Assembly: GCA_001602415.1 (NCBI GenBank)
Contig: CP012155.1
Span: forward strand, 2,874,824-2,938,823
Source: Bacteroidetes bacterium UKL13-3
GTDB taxonomy: Bacteria > Bacteroidota > Bacteroidia > UKL13-3
Reading direction: 5' to 3'
DNA: 64,000 nucleotides
Shown here: positions 1-11,022 of the stretch, one piece after another
Numbering within the stretch: the first letter of the stretch is position 1
Layout: every line of letters starts with the position of its first letter
Position numbers and translations under genes: made by a program
Notes under the pieces: model-generated
Databases searched by the model: none
Told to the model about the DNA's origin: nothing
What the model saw: the letters and a program-made list of their open reading frames with translations, nothing else

Positions 1-116
1 CAAACAACGTATGAGCCAAGAAAACCACTTGCTCCACTTACTGCAATCACGATGTGGAAATGTTTATTTAATGCCGCGCTAAAATAGGCTATTTTGTAGT
101 AAGTATAAACAAAACT

Positions 117-1283
117 ATGCAGCTAACCGATTTTTTAAGCCCATTGCCCGAATCAATATTTAACAATATCAATGATAGTTCACCTAAAACACTTGTGAAC
201 GTATCTGATATCTACATAAAACACTTGCCCGATTTAACCGATGTAAAAATAGCCATCATTGGAGTTAAAGAAGATCGGATTAAACCCAATGATAACGGAT
301 GTGCACTAGCACCAAACGATATACGTAAACACTTTTATACATTGGTTCAGCCCAAATATGAAGTACGCATTGCCGATTTAGGCAATATTGAACCGGGAGA
401 GTCAATAAGTGATACATTGTTTGCACTCAATGCTGTATTGCAATATTTACATGAACGAAACATTATTGCGCTGATTTTGGGAGGAACGCAAGAATTGGCA
501 TATGCTCAGTATACTTCTTATCAAGGCCTTAAACACGCAATAAATGCTGTTGTTGTAGATGCCAAAATTGATTTAAAACAGCATGAAACCGACCATGAAC
601 AAACAGGCTTTTTATACAAGATGATTGCTCATCAGCCAAACTACTTATTTAATATTGTACATATGGGCAATCAAAACTATTTTATTGAACAAGAAAGTTT
701 AGACTCATTTGAAAAAATGAATTTTGACTTGATGCGTTTAGGAAATATTCGTAGCAAGATACAAGAAACAGAACCCTTGATGCGCAATGCCGATATGTTG
801 GTAATGAGCTTGAATAGCATACGTGCTGCCGATTGTCCCGCATCGGTTGATGCCAATCCCAATGGTTTTTTTGGAGAAGAAATATGTCAGCTATCGCGTT
901 ATGCAGGTATGGGAAACGATTTAAGCACAATAGGCTTTTACGATTTAAAAGCCACCAACGATATTGATGGAAGAAGTGCAAAATTAGTTTCACAAATGAT
1001 GTGGTATTTTATTGATGGTGTGTATGCTCGTAAACATGATTATCCAACAACAGAAAGTAAAGACTACATGATTTACCGAACAACTTTTCAAAATGGCGAT
1101 TACCAAATTATATTTTATAAGAATACCTCAACAGACCGATGGTGGATGGAAATTCCTTATCCTAAAGAAAGAAGTCAGCATAAAGGAATATTTATGGTCC
1201 CATGCTCTTACAGCGATTATCAGGCTGCTTTAAACGATGAAATACCCGACAGGTGGATGAAAGCCTATCAGAAGTTATTGTAA
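117..1283 (+). CDS. arginase/formiminoglutamase (ureohydrolase) family protein
   Basis: 388 aa ORF. Its length and overall pattern resemble arginase-family/HutG-like proteins of Bacteroidetes. The call rests on recognition only, with no motif-level proof. Confidence 0.5.
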   Translation: MQLTDFLSPLPESIFNNINDSSPKTLVNVSDIYIKHLPDLTDVKIAIIGVKEDRIKPNDNGCALAPNDIRKHFYTLVQPKYEVRIADLGNIEPGESISDTLFALNAVLQYLHERNIIALILGGTQELAYAQYTSYQGLKHAINAVVVDAKIDLKQHETDHEQTGFLYKMIAHQPNYLFNIVHMGNQNYFIEQESLDSFEKMNFDLMRLGNIRSKIQETEPLMRNADMLVMSLNSIRAADCPASVDANPNGFFGEEICQLSRYAGMGNDLSTIGFYDLKATNDIDGRSAKLVSQMMWYFIDGVYARKHDYPTTESKDYMIYRTTFQNGDYQIIFYKNTSTDRWWMEIPYPKERSQHKGIFMVPCSYSDYQAALNDEIPDRWMKAYQKLL

Positions 1284-1286
1284 TAC

Positions 1287-2759
1287 TTACCTACCAAATT
1301 TTTTCTTCACATCCATCATCCATTGCTCCATCATTGACGGTTTGCGAACTTTCCAACCTTGAGGTTTGCCATTGTATTTTGGATTTGTAAATACATTAAT
1401 GTAAACAGCACCTTGCTCAAAAGATGTTCCATACCAAGTGGCCAGCAACTTTTTATCTTCAACGGTAAACTCGGCATTTACGTTTGATTGAATCACAACA
1501 GGTAATGTATCTAACATAAATTCGTTGATACGCAATATGGGTTTAAACGGTGTGCTGTGTAAATACGTTAAACTATCATCATTAGCAATAGGCGCATGAC
1601 TATAACTAGACCCCAAAGCAGCCGAACGTGCTTTGGTGATTAATGAAAAATAAGATCGATACCCGAGCGTTGCATCGCCCAAATTTTTGCCCGGATAGAA
1701 AAGGAAATTTCCTGCAAATAATGATAGCGCCAAAGCAGTGTATACAATAACTCTTGGCAATGGTTGCAGATACTTTGTAAGGTAAACACAATATAATATT
1801 ACAAGCATACCAAAAGCCATAAAATAACGATGTCCGATGGTGTGGTTTAAAAAAATAGCCATAGCTAAACAGCAGGGTATTATGAGTGCCGCTAGTTGAA
1901 TGAAAGCTCTTCTGCTTTGCTGTTGTTTGAAAACCAACCAGCCGATAATCATATAAAAGGGTAACATTCCATAATCAACCAATCTCCAGCACATCAATAA
2001 CAACGCCTTGATGTATTCACTCACTCCATTTAGTTCGTTTGCATCGTTATATTGAGGTGAGACCAATAACCAACCTGTATGTTGTTGATGAATGATAAGC
2101 CATGAACCAAACAGCATTGCTGGAATTGCATACACCCAAGTCTTTTGTTTTAACCATCTTAATATAGAGGCATAATTACTGGCAGATAACGAATACACCA
2201 TATCAAAACAAGCAAGTGATAATAGAAGAAAAGCCGATTGCAAATGGGTAACACACATCAAGGATGCCGCAATAAGAATAGTGATTCGGTTCTGTTTGAA
2301 TACACCATAAACAGCTAAGAGAAAAAACGTCACCAGCGCAACAGTGTTTAACATCATTGCACTTTGAGCAAGATACGTTGGAAACAGCATTACCAAAACG
2401 GTTGCTACGTTGGTTTCTGTTTTTGATAACAAACAAGAAGCCACTTTGCGAAAAGCTACAAGCAACGCAACAGCCCATAAACAGCTGTATAAATGGGCAA
2501 TGGCTAGTGTTTTACCAAACAATACCCAACATACTGCTAATCCGTAGGCATATAATGTTGGATGCCCGGGATCGGCATAAGCAGGGTAAAATATCGTTGA
2601 TAATTGATGCGCATAAATATGACTAGCTGCTTGAGAGGTGGAAGCAATTGAATCTCCGAAAAAAGGATCATCTTTTACCACAAACCACAGAACGATTTGC
2701 AGTAAAAGCGATAGACTAAAAAAATAAGTTGACGATAAAAATTTCATGTCTGTGTGCAA
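1287..2759 (-). CDS. PMT/ArnT-like integral membrane glycosyltransferase (GT39/GT83-like)
   Basis: 490 aa. The N-terminal ~350 aa is multi-pass hydrophobic with a YxxxAHxxLS-like segment, followed by a soluble C-terminal domain. It sits next to bshA. Confidence 0.45.
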   Translation of the reverse strand: MHTDMKFLSSTYFFSLSLLLQIVLWFVVKDDPFFGDSIASTSQAASHIYAHQLSTIFYPAYADPGHPTLYAYGLAVCWVLFGKTLAIAHLYSCLWAVALLVAFRKVASCLLSKTETNVATVLVMLFPTYLAQSAMMLNTVALVTFFLLAVYGVFKQNRITILIAASLMCVTHLQSAFLLLSLACFDMVYSLSASNYASILRWLKQKTWVYAIPAMLFGSWLIIHQQHTGWLLVSPQYNDANELNGVSEYIKALLLMCWRLVDYGMLPFYMIIGWLVFKQQQSRRAFIQLAALIIPCCLAMAIFLNHTIGHRYFMAFGMLVILYCVYLTKYLQPLPRVIVYTALALSLFAGNFLFYPGKNLGDATLGYRSYFSLITKARSAALGSSYSHAPIANDDSLTYLHSTPFKPILRINEFMLDTLPVVIQSNVNAEFTVEDKKLLATWYGTSFEQGAVYINVFTNPKYNGKPQGWKVRKPSMMEQWMMDVKKKFGR

Positions 2760-2777
2760 ACAAACATACTCAATAAA

Positions 2778-3917
2778 CTAAACAGATGCGAGCATCTTGG
2801 CAATAACTTCCTCGTACATATTTTCGTATTGAGGCACAATTTTATCTATGTGAAAATCGTGTGCACGTTGACGAGCATTATGTTTGAACATTTTTAAGCG
2901 TTGGTCATCACTCAAAATATACAATGCTTTTTCGGCCATTGCATCAACATCTCCAACATTGCACATAAAACCGGTTTTTCCATCAATGTTTAACTCAGGA
3001 ATTCCACCTGCATTGCTGGATACAACTGGAACTTCGCAAGCCATTGCTTCTAAAGCTGCCAAACCAAAACTCTCCGTTTCAGAAGGCATCAAGAACAAAT
3101 CTCCTATAGACAATACTTCTTCAACAGCATCTTGTTTTCCAAGGAAACTAATGCCATCACAGAGTTTTAAATCACGACACAGTTGCTCAATATTTTGTCT
3201 TTCCGGACCATCTCCAACCAGCAATAATTTTGCGTCCATCTGCTCACGTATTTTGCCGAACACACGTACCACATCTTCTACCCGTTTTACTTTTCTAAAG
3301 TTAGATGTATGAATAATAATCTTTTCTCCATTGGGTGAAACCGCCATTTTAAAATGCTCTTTGGCCTGTTTGCTAAAACGATCAAAATCAATAAAGTTTG
3401 GAATAATGGCAATATCGCGTGTTACTTTAAAGTGATCGTATGTATCTTGTTTTAACGAGGCTGAAACAGCCGTAACTCCGTTGGATTGGTTTAACGAGTA
3501 ACTCACTACCGGTTCAAACGATTTATCCTTCCCAACCAATGTAATATCTGTTCCATGTAGCGTAGTTACAATAGGAATTTGAATTCCTTCAGTTGCCAAA
3601 ATATGTTTTGCCATAACGGCTGCCGAAGCATGTGGAATGGCATAATGTACATGCAATACATCCAGTTTTTCAAACTTAACCACATCCACCAATCTGCTTG
3701 TTAATGCAGTTTCATAAGGCGGAAAATCAAATAGGGGATAATGAGAAACATATACCTCGTGAAAGAAGATGTTACCTGTAAAAAAATCAAGGCGTGCAGG
3801 TTGTTTATATGAAATAAAATGAACCTGATGTCCGCGCATTGACAATGCTTTTCCAAGCTCAGTAGCTACTACACCGCTTCCTCCATATGTGGGATAACAA
3901 ACAATTCCTATTTTCAT
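2778..3917 (-). CDS. bshA: N-acetyl-alpha-D-glucosaminyl L-malate synthase (bacillithiol biosynthesis GT4)
   Basis: N-terminus MKIGIVCYPTYGGSGVVATELGKALSMRGHQVHFISY is the characteristic BshA signature. GT4 fold throughout. The start was moved to the internal ATG at 3917 (MKIGIV), since the ORF track starts 9 codons earlier. Confidence 0.8.
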   Translation of the reverse strand: MKIGIVCYPTYGGSGVVATELGKALSMRGHQVHFISYKQPARLDFFTGNIFFHEVYVSHYPLFDFPPYETALTSRLVDVVKFEKLDVLHVHYAIPHASAAVMAKHILATEGIQIPIVTTLHGTDITLVGKDKSFEPVVSYSLNQSNGVTAVSASLKQDTYDHFKVTRDIAIIPNFIDFDRFSKQAKEHFKMAVSPNGEKIIIHTSNFRKVKRVEDVVRVFGKIREQMDAKLLLVGDGPERQNIEQLCRDLKLCDGISFLGKQDAVEEVLSIGDLFLMPSETESFGLAALEAMACEVPVVSSNAGGIPELNIDGKTGFMCNVGDVDAMAEKALYILSDDQRLKMFKHNARQRAHDFHIDKIVPQYENMYEEVIAKMLASV

Positions 3918-4050
3918 GTTGATTCTTTCTATTGGTAATACCATATCAATGAAGATATGTTCTAAAATACTGGAAGTATCGTTTAACTAATTTACAACTA
4001 ACGCACAAAGTTAATCTAAAATCACAAAGATGACGTTAACGATACACTAC

Positions 4051-7008
4051 TCATTTCTCATTAATAGCATCGTAAATAACATCCTGGATGCGAGTGCGTA
4101 CATTCATTTCTACCAGCTTTTTGTTTTCAGCTGAAGGATGTACCCTGTTGCTCAGAAACACGTATACCAATTTATGTTTCGGATCTACCCAAGCGGATGT
4201 TCCGGTAAAACCTGTATGACCGAATGCTTGAGGAGAAACCAACTTACTCACCGGGGATGCTTTTCTAAAATCTGTTTCGGGCTTATCAAAACCAAGGCCT
4301 CTTCGATTCGCTTTTACCTGTTTTTTGGTAAACATATTAACTGTTGATTCTTTTAATATTCGTTTGCCTCCATAGTCTCCTCCGTTGGCAAGCATTTGCA
4401 TAATTATAGCCACATCATTGGCACTAGCAAATATCCCTGCATGTCCGCTCACTCCACCCAACATGGCTGCGGTTTGGTCATGCACGTAACCATCCAACAG
4501 TTGCCATCTAAAAAAAGTATCATCTTCGGTAGGAACAATCCAATCGGGGTTTATTCCCTTTTGCAATGGATTAAATGTAAGGTTAGCCAAATTAAGCGGG
4601 CTGTAAATATTTTTTTGCAAATACTGCTCAAACGGCATTCCACATTGGTGCTCGATAACCTTTCGCAAAAGCATAAATCCTAAGTCGGAATACACATACT
4701 CTCCTGCTGGTTTTACATCTGATTGAATGATTTGTTTCCATAACATTGGTTCGTAATCTTTATGCATAAAAAGATTTTGCGCAACTTGGATAGTATAGTC
4801 AGAATCTTGTGTTTCGGCATAAATGAGATTGCTAGGCTTGCCATCAAGCAATGTTCGTTTGTAAATCGGAATAAATGGTGTTAAACCCGCTTGATGCAAC
4901 AGCACATCATGAATGGTTAACCGTCCTTTATTACTTCCTCTTAGCTCAGGCAAATAATCGCCCAAAGTTGCTTCCAACTTTATTTTGTGTGCATCAAATA
5001 AATGCATTATTCCTACCGTAGTAGCCAGTATTTTGGTAAGCGATGCCACATCATAGAGATGATAATTTTTTACGGGCATTACACTATCATAAGTGTGAAA
5101 TCCAAATGACTTTTGATAAATAACCTTTCCATCCTTTACTACTAAAACTTGTGCGCCAGGCATCGCTTTTTTCGTTATCGCATCTATAACAATTGTATCT
5201 ATCCATTGAAATGGAAAATGATCGATGTTCATTTCTTCTGGATAGATATACTCCATCCGGTCGAGTGATTCGGTAAATTTTCCCATACCCAAAGGAAATG
5301 TTGTATTTACTGTTACTGGGAGTTTGCCTTTAGCACCTATTGCGCCATACAAAACTTGTGCAGCAAGTTGATTGTATTGTTCTAAATCTTCATAAGATAA
5401 AATAATATTGCGTGCGGTTTTAAACTGTTCAAGTATGTATGGATTACCATTGCACACCAATATTACCTTCTTATCCAACGCCAAAACTTTATTCACAAAG
5501 TCAATTTGAAGTGGGGAGAGTCCAAGTTTTTTGGCAACAAACCTACTAGTGTTATGCAAGCTCAACACTACTAAGTTGTATTGTTTTAAGGTAGTAAAAA
5601 GTGTGTCCCATGATGCTGGGGTATCGGCTTTATCAATGCTAAAGTAATCAGCTTTAACATAGTTCATACTCATTTCTTGAAAAGCTGTTAATTGGTTGGA
5701 TCCAACAGCTACGATTGCCTGTTTGTATAATTCAGGATTAGCGATCGGAATAATATTATCATCGTTTTTTACAACAACAATGGCTTGTTTAATTATTTTT
5801 TTGATAGATAAATACGTGTTGCAACAATTTAAGTCCTCCGTTAAACTGTTCAAATTAATAGGTTGATAGTTATTTAGACCTGCCCAATATTTAGCCATCA
5901 ATATCTTTTTACAGCTTTTTTCAAGTTGTGACCGAGGGATGATGCTATCGTTTAAATATTGTTTAATCATGCTAATAGATGCCGAAACATCTTCCACAAA
6001 TTCCATTAAATCATTACCGGCAGCAAATGCTTTTGCAGTAATTTCTCCAGGTTTGTAATAATCCGTTACACCTTTCATATTTAATGCATCGGTAACCACA
6101 ATACCTTCGAAGCCCATTTCATCTTTGAGTAGATTGGTAACAATGGTTTTAGATAATGATGAAGGTGTATTTGCTGTTGAATCCAGAGCAGGAACATTAA
6201 GGTGCGCAGTCATCACACACATTACATCATTTTTAATCAGCTCCCTAAATGGATACAATTCAAGAGAATCTAAGCGTTTGCGATCGCCCTTCACAACTGG
6301 CAAGCTAAAATGCGAATCGGTTTCAGTATCTCCATGCCCTGGGAAATGTTTGGCACAAGCCATCACATGTTGGTTTTGCATTCCCTTAGCATATTGCGCA
6401 CCTAGCTTGGCCACCCAATATTTATTTTCACCAAAGGATCGGTCGTTTATTACCGGATTTCTAGGATTGTTATTTACATCAACATCAGGGGCAAAATTTA
6501 CATGAATGCCCATTCGCCTACACTGATTTCCAACAGCAATTCCCATCTGGTATGCTGCATCTTCATTCTGCGCTCCACCTAATACCATCTGTCGCGGAAA
6601 TGTAAGCACACTATCCAAACGCATTCCAATACCCCACTCTCCATCAATTCCAATTAACAGTGGAACCTTGGTTTGCGATTGAAAATAATTGGTTAACGCG
6701 GCTTGTTTGGTTGGATTGCCTTTGAAAAAAATAAGTCCGCCAACCTTTTGCTCGCGCACAGCACATTCCACTTCCTTAATATGGGTAGAATCTCTGTTGG
6801 AAAAAGCGGCAATCATAATGAGTTGAGCAATGCGCTCATCTTCCGAAAGCGTTTCATAAACTGAATCAACCCAATTGTTTGATTTTCGCCAATTTATTGC
6901 ATCCGACTGTGCAAGAGCATTAAAGCTGATACAAGCAAATGATATGAGAATATAAATAAACTTAAGCTGCTTTCTTTCCATGAACTGTATTTGCAAAAAT
7001 ACGCTCAT
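4051..7008 (-). CDS. glycoside hydrolase family 3 (NagZ-like beta-N-acetylhexosaminidase) fused to a serine beta-lactamase-fold domain, secreted
   Basis: 985 aa. The N-terminal half carries a GH3 motif (KVPLLIGIDGEWGIGMRLD, FPGHGDT). The C-terminal ~400 aa has an S-x-x-K serine hydrolase motif (ASLTKILATTVG) typical of class C beta-lactamase/PBP-like esterases. A signal peptide follows the internal Met (MERKQLKFIYILISFAC), so 6981 is an alternative start. Confidence 0.8.
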   Translation of the reverse strand: MSVFLQIQFMERKQLKFIYILISFACISFNALAQSDAINWRKSNNWVDSVYETLSEDERIAQLIMIAAFSNRDSTHIKEVECAVREQKVGGLIFFKGNPTKQAALTNYFQSQTKVPLLIGIDGEWGIGMRLDSVLTFPRQMVLGGAQNEDAAYQMGIAVGNQCRRMGIHVNFAPDVDVNNNPRNPVINDRSFGENKYWVAKLGAQYAKGMQNQHVMACAKHFPGHGDTETDSHFSLPVVKGDRKRLDSLELYPFRELIKNDVMCVMTAHLNVPALDSTANTPSSLSKTIVTNLLKDEMGFEGIVVTDALNMKGVTDYYKPGEITAKAFAAGNDLMEFVEDVSASISMIKQYLNDSIIPRSQLEKSCKKILMAKYWAGLNNYQPINLNSLTEDLNCCNTYLSIKKIIKQAIVVVKNDDNIIPIANPELYKQAIVAVGSNQLTAFQEMSMNYVKADYFSIDKADTPASWDTLFTTLKQYNLVVLSLHNTSRFVAKKLGLSPLQIDFVNKVLALDKKVILVCNGNPYILEQFKTARNIILSYEDLEQYNQLAAQVLYGAIGAKGKLPVTVNTTFPLGMGKFTESLDRMEYIYPEEMNIDHFPFQWIDTIVIDAITKKAMPGAQVLVVKDGKVIYQKSFGFHTYDSVMPVKNYHLYDVASLTKILATTVGIMHLFDAHKIKLEATLGDYLPELRGSNKGRLTIHDVLLHQAGLTPFIPIYKRTLLDGKPSNLIYAETQDSDYTIQVAQNLFMHKDYEPMLWKQIIQSDVKPAGEYVYSDLGFMLLRKVIEHQCGMPFEQYLQKNIYSPLNLANLTFNPLQKGINPDWIVPTEDDTFFRWQLLDGYVHDQTAAMLGGVSGHAGIFASANDVAIIMQMLANGGDYGGKRILKESTVNMFTKKQVKANRRGLGFDKPETDFRKASPVSKLVSPQAFGHTGFTGTSAWVDPKHKLVYVFLSNRVHPSAENKKLVEMNVRTRIQDVIYDAINEK

Positions 7009-7209
7009 TTCTATTGGTTTTGTATCATCAACAGGCGTTGAAATATCAACAATAATACTAAAATACCCACCTCTCTTAAAGTTGCGTTTACCCAGATATG
7101 GCAGCGTATGAGCAACAATTACAACAAAAATGAAGGATGGCGCGGAAGTTTATCAACACTGTTTTTCAGCCCTTTTAGAATGCTTACCTTGCAACCTGCA
7201 AAGGAAGTT

Positions 7210-9024
7210 ATGAGCGATATAATAAAACTGTTACCCGACCATGTGGCTAATCAAATTGCTGCGGGAGAAGTTATCCAACGACCCGCATCAGTTGTCAAAG
7301 AATTACTTGAAAACGCGATTGATGCCGGCAGCACAGATATAACATTAGTCATTAAAGAAGGTGGTAAAACCTTTATCCAGGTAATTGATAATGGAAAAGG
7401 AATGTCGCCCAGCGATGCGCGCATGTGTTGGGAGCGCCACGCCACATCTAAAATTGCTGCTGCTGAAGATATTTACAATGTAAAAACGATGGGATTTAGG
7501 GGCGAGGCGTTGGCCTCCATTGCATCTGTTGCGCAGGTTGAAATGAAAACAAAACGAGAGGAAGACAGCGTTGGAACATTAATTTTGATTGAGGCTTCGG
7601 AAGTAAAAAAACAGGAGTCGTTTGCAGGAAATACTGGTACAAGCTTTACCATAAAAAATCTCTTTTACAATATTCCGGCACGCAGAAATTTCTTGAAATC
7701 AAACCCTGTTGAAACACGCCACATCATGGATGAGTTTTTACGTGTTGCATTGGCCAATCCTGAAATTGCGTTAAGCATGTATAACAATGATGCCGATGTT
7801 TATCTTTTACCGAAAGGTGATTTGCAAAAACGTATTCAGGATATATTTGGATACAAATCACCTGAACAGATTCTGCCAGCCAATGAGGAAACGTCTATTA
7901 TCAATGTACATGGCTTTATTGGCAAACCAGAAAATGCCAAGAAAACAAGAGGTGAACAGTACTTTTTTGTAAACAAACGTTTTATCAAAGATGCATACCT
8001 CAACCATGCAGTAACAAGTTGTTATGAAAATCTAATGCCAAAAGATCAATATCCATTTTATGTTTTGCATATTGATATTGACCCTGCGCAAATTGATGTG
8101 AACGTTCATCCAACCAAAACGGAAATAAAGTTTGAAGACGAACGTTCTGTTTATCAAATTGTAAGAGCTGTAGCTAAAAAAGCTATTGGTCAACATTATC
8201 ACACACCTACCTACGAACCAGCAAGCGAGGATACTTTTTTAAACCTCACCCGACCTGATGCCCCGTTAACTTTTGCATCAACACCTGAGCGAAGAGGAAG
8301 CGATCCGTATACCAAAAATACTTTTACCAAACCTGCTGAAAAACAAGATTGGCAGGAGTTGTTTAATGTGATAAATAAAAAAGGTGATGTTGTTGGAAAA
8401 CAATTTGCTCCACAGCGTAACGAGGAATTACGACAAGCAACTTTAACACCCGAAGTAGTTACCCGTCAGGTTATGCAAGTGCATCAAAGTCTTATTATTT
8501 CACAAATAAAATCCGGTATTCTATTAATTGATCAACAGGCTGCGCACGAAAGGGTATTGTATGAAAAGTATCTTATTGCCCTCGAAAATAATCCCGTTGC
8601 CAGTCAGCAAAAGTTATTCCCCAAAACCATTTTATTGCAACCTGCCGATGAACAACTTTTGTTAGAAATGATGCAGGAAATTCGAGCTTTAGGGTTTGAT
8701 ATTAACGAATTTGGCAAACATACTTTTGCGGTAAATGGTGTACCTGCCGAACTTAATCATTATAATGAACAAGATTTAATTATACAATTGATTGAGGGCT
8801 ATAAAAACCAATCGAGTACGGCCTTAAACAAGAAAGAAAAAGTAGCTCGAACCCTTGCCAAACGTGCCGCCACCAAAACAGGAACCAGCCTTAACCAAGA
8901 AGAAATGAATATGCTTATTGATGAGTTATTTGCGTGCAAGGAGCCCAACTATGCTCCCGATGGAAAAGTATGCTTAACCACTTTAAGTTTGCAGCAACTG
9001 TTTGAAATATTAGGAAAGAAATAA
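7210..9024 (+). CDS. mutL: DNA mismatch repair protein MutL
   Basis: MSDIIKLLPDHVANQIAAGEVIQRPASVVKELLENAIDAG is the GHKL ATPase N-terminus of MutL. The start is the internal ATG at 7210, so the upstream 34 codons in the ORF track are unlikely to be translated. Confidence 0.9.
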   Translation: MSDIIKLLPDHVANQIAAGEVIQRPASVVKELLENAIDAGSTDITLVIKEGGKTFIQVIDNGKGMSPSDARMCWERHATSKIAAAEDIYNVKTMGFRGEALASIASVAQVEMKTKREEDSVGTLILIEASEVKKQESFAGNTGTSFTIKNLFYNIPARRNFLKSNPVETRHIMDEFLRVALANPEIALSMYNNDADVYLLPKGDLQKRIQDIFGYKSPEQILPANEETSIINVHGFIGKPENAKKTRGEQYFFVNKRFIKDAYLNHAVTSCYENLMPKDQYPFYVLHIDIDPAQIDVNVHPTKTEIKFEDERSVYQIVRAVAKKAIGQHYHTPTYEPASEDTFLNLTRPDAPLTFASTPERRGSDPYTKNTFTKPAEKQDWQELFNVINKKGDVVGKQFAPQRNEELRQATLTPEVVTRQVMQVHQSLIISQIKSGILLIDQQAAHERVLYEKYLIALENNPVASQQKLFPKTILLQPADEQLLLEMMQEIRALGFDINEFGKHTFAVNGVPAELNHYNEQDLIIQLIEGYKNQSSTALNKKEKVARTLAKRAATKTGTSLNQEEMNMLIDELFACKEPNYAPDGKVCLTTLSLQQLFEILGKK

Positions 9025-9030
9025 AAGAAA

Positions 9031-11022
9031 TTATTCAGCTAATAACTCCGTAACTCTTCCATTTTCGTCAATCAAAATCGAATCTGTTTCTAATGTATCT
9101 GAGCTTATTTTGATAAACCCTTTTGCAAGCCCTGCAATCTTAATGGGCTGAGCGGCCATGAGCGTATCGGAAGGTTCTAAAACTGCTCTACGCATCATGA
9201 GGTTTGTGAGGAAAGTGAATTGTTTGCTTGCAAATTCTTTGAGGTTTCCATCTTTACCAAACCTCCACATAAATCCCTTCGGACGAGGAATAATCGTTGC
9301 TAAAAATAAACACTCATTCAGTGTTAAATCGGATGGTCGTTTTTGAAAATAAAATTGAACTGCTTCCCCAATTCCATATACATTTGGTCCCCATTCAATA
9401 ATATTAAAATATACTTCGAGCATCCGGTCTTTTGAACTGATGCGGTTATTCTCCAGAATGTATACTAGCAAAATTTCTTCCATTTTACGAGAGATTGTTT
9501 TTTCGCGCGTTAAGAAAACATTTTTCACCAACTGCATGCTTATAGTGCTAGCACCACGAGCAAATTTGCGTTTGCGAATATTTTTAATGATAGACTGACG
9601 AAAGGCTTCATCAATAAATCCTCGGTGAAAGAAAAATGAAGGATCTTCGGTTGTGAGTACACATTTCTTCAGATAAGGAGAGAGCTGATTGAGCGGTGTG
9701 TAATAGGGATTGGCAGTACTCACTAAAATAGGACGTTGAGGTCGTCCGTTTTCTATTGGTGTATACACGAAATCTCCATTCAATTTACTCAAATTGGCTT
9801 CTCCATATTTCACAATACGCAAATCATCTTTGTGAAGAGTACTCTCAAAAATTAGATCTTGGGGCTTATTTTCATTGTAAACAAAGTCTAATCTGTAATC
9901 AAAACTACCGGTTGTTTCCATTCCTTTAAAATGCGAAAACAAACCTTCAGGTAGTGATGAGATAAAATGCTGTGCCTCCATATTTGGAATGGTTACGTGC
10001 ATTTCATAAATAGTATCTTCTTGTATTTTTAACCCAATAAACGGAATAAATGTGACCTTGTTAAACCTTACACTTGAAGAGCTATCGAGCTGAATAAAAT
10101 CGGCACCTGCAATAAAATGATAATCAAAACGAGCATCTTCTATCACAACATCTTTTTTAGCTATTTTAGGATGGTTAATAATAAAATTTTTAATGGATGC
10201 AAAACCTGCTACATGTAATTCGTCTCCATCCATATCAACACTTCTCAAATCAAGTTGGATGGAATCAAAACCAGACACAAGATTAAACTGCTCATCAACA
10301 TAAGGAATACGAACATGTCCAGTATCTAAACTAAAAAAAGAAAGATTTGCCTTTTTATCACGAGGATCAGCTACACCTTGAATACTCCATCGCTGCATAA
10401 ATGTGCTTGTGGTTACATGAATAGTTGATTGCAATTGCTCATCCATAAATGAAAGGTTTTGCAGCCGTATCTCCACCTTGTGTCCCATATCATCGGTGCG
10501 TAATGCTAGATTTTCTATACTCATGTGAGTTGGAACTAAGTTGAGTATTTTAGAAATAAGACGATACACAATTTTTGCATAGTTCGTTTTGGTAACTTTT
10601 TCAACCTCCGCCTCTGTTGTCGCATCTTTTGATTGAATCAAAAAAACATCAAAGTTTCTACCTTGTTCGTTTTTTACTAACTGCACAAAACCATCTTTTA
10701 CTTCTAGATTTTTTAGCCGCACATCGCCTATTAAAGCATACCAAAAACTAATACTTGCAGATAAATGTACGATGTTAAACAAGGTATCAGCATTGTTTGG
10801 AACAAGTATTACATTATTCAGCTCAACACCTGCTAAACCCGTGAAAGAAGCATTTTCAACCGAAAACGTACTATTGTATTCTCTTTGAATTTTTACCGTT
10901 ACCTTATCGATAGTGCGGTGAAGCAACATGTTTCGGAGCGCAAAAAAGCCAATTATCGCAAGCACAAAAAAAACACCGATAACTTTTAGAACGGCTACCA
11001 GTGTTTTTTTCCAATTATTCAT
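9031..11022 (-). CDS. membrane-anchored protein with C-terminal peptidoglycan glycosyltransferase (GT51 transglycosylase) domain
   Basis: 663 aa with an N-terminal TM helix. The C-terminal third carries transglycosylase motifs: EDPSFFFHRGFD, GASTISMQLVKN, RKMEEILLVYILE. The long N-terminal region is of unknown function. Confidence 0.6.
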   Translation of the reverse strand: MNNWKKTLVAVLKVIGVFFVLAIIGFFALRNMLLHRTIDKVTVKIQREYNSTFSVENASFTGLAGVELNNVILVPNNADTLFNIVHLSASISFWYALIGDVRLKNLEVKDGFVQLVKNEQGRNFDVFLIQSKDATTEAEVEKVTKTNYAKIVYRLISKILNLVPTHMSIENLALRTDDMGHKVEIRLQNLSFMDEQLQSTIHVTTSTFMQRWSIQGVADPRDKKANLSFFSLDTGHVRIPYVDEQFNLVSGFDSIQLDLRSVDMDGDELHVAGFASIKNFIINHPKIAKKDVVIEDARFDYHFIAGADFIQLDSSSSVRFNKVTFIPFIGLKIQEDTIYEMHVTIPNMEAQHFISSLPEGLFSHFKGMETTGSFDYRLDFVYNENKPQDLIFESTLHKDDLRIVKYGEANLSKLNGDFVYTPIENGRPQRPILVSTANPYYTPLNQLSPYLKKCVLTTEDPSFFFHRGFIDEAFRQSIIKNIRKRKFARGASTISMQLVKNVFLTREKTISRKMEEILLVYILENNRISSKDRMLEVYFNIIEWGPNVYGIGEAVQFYFQKRPSDLTLNECLFLATIIPRPKGFMWRFGKDGNLKEFASKQFTFLTNLMMRRAVLEPSDTLMAAQPIKIAGLAKGFIKISSDTLETDSILIDENGRVTELLAE

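Noticed and set aside
677-993. Two minus-strand ORFs (61 and 103 aa) inside the arginase-family gene
   Set aside because: Entirely antisense to a longer, better-supported CDS. No motifs. Typical shadow ORFs.
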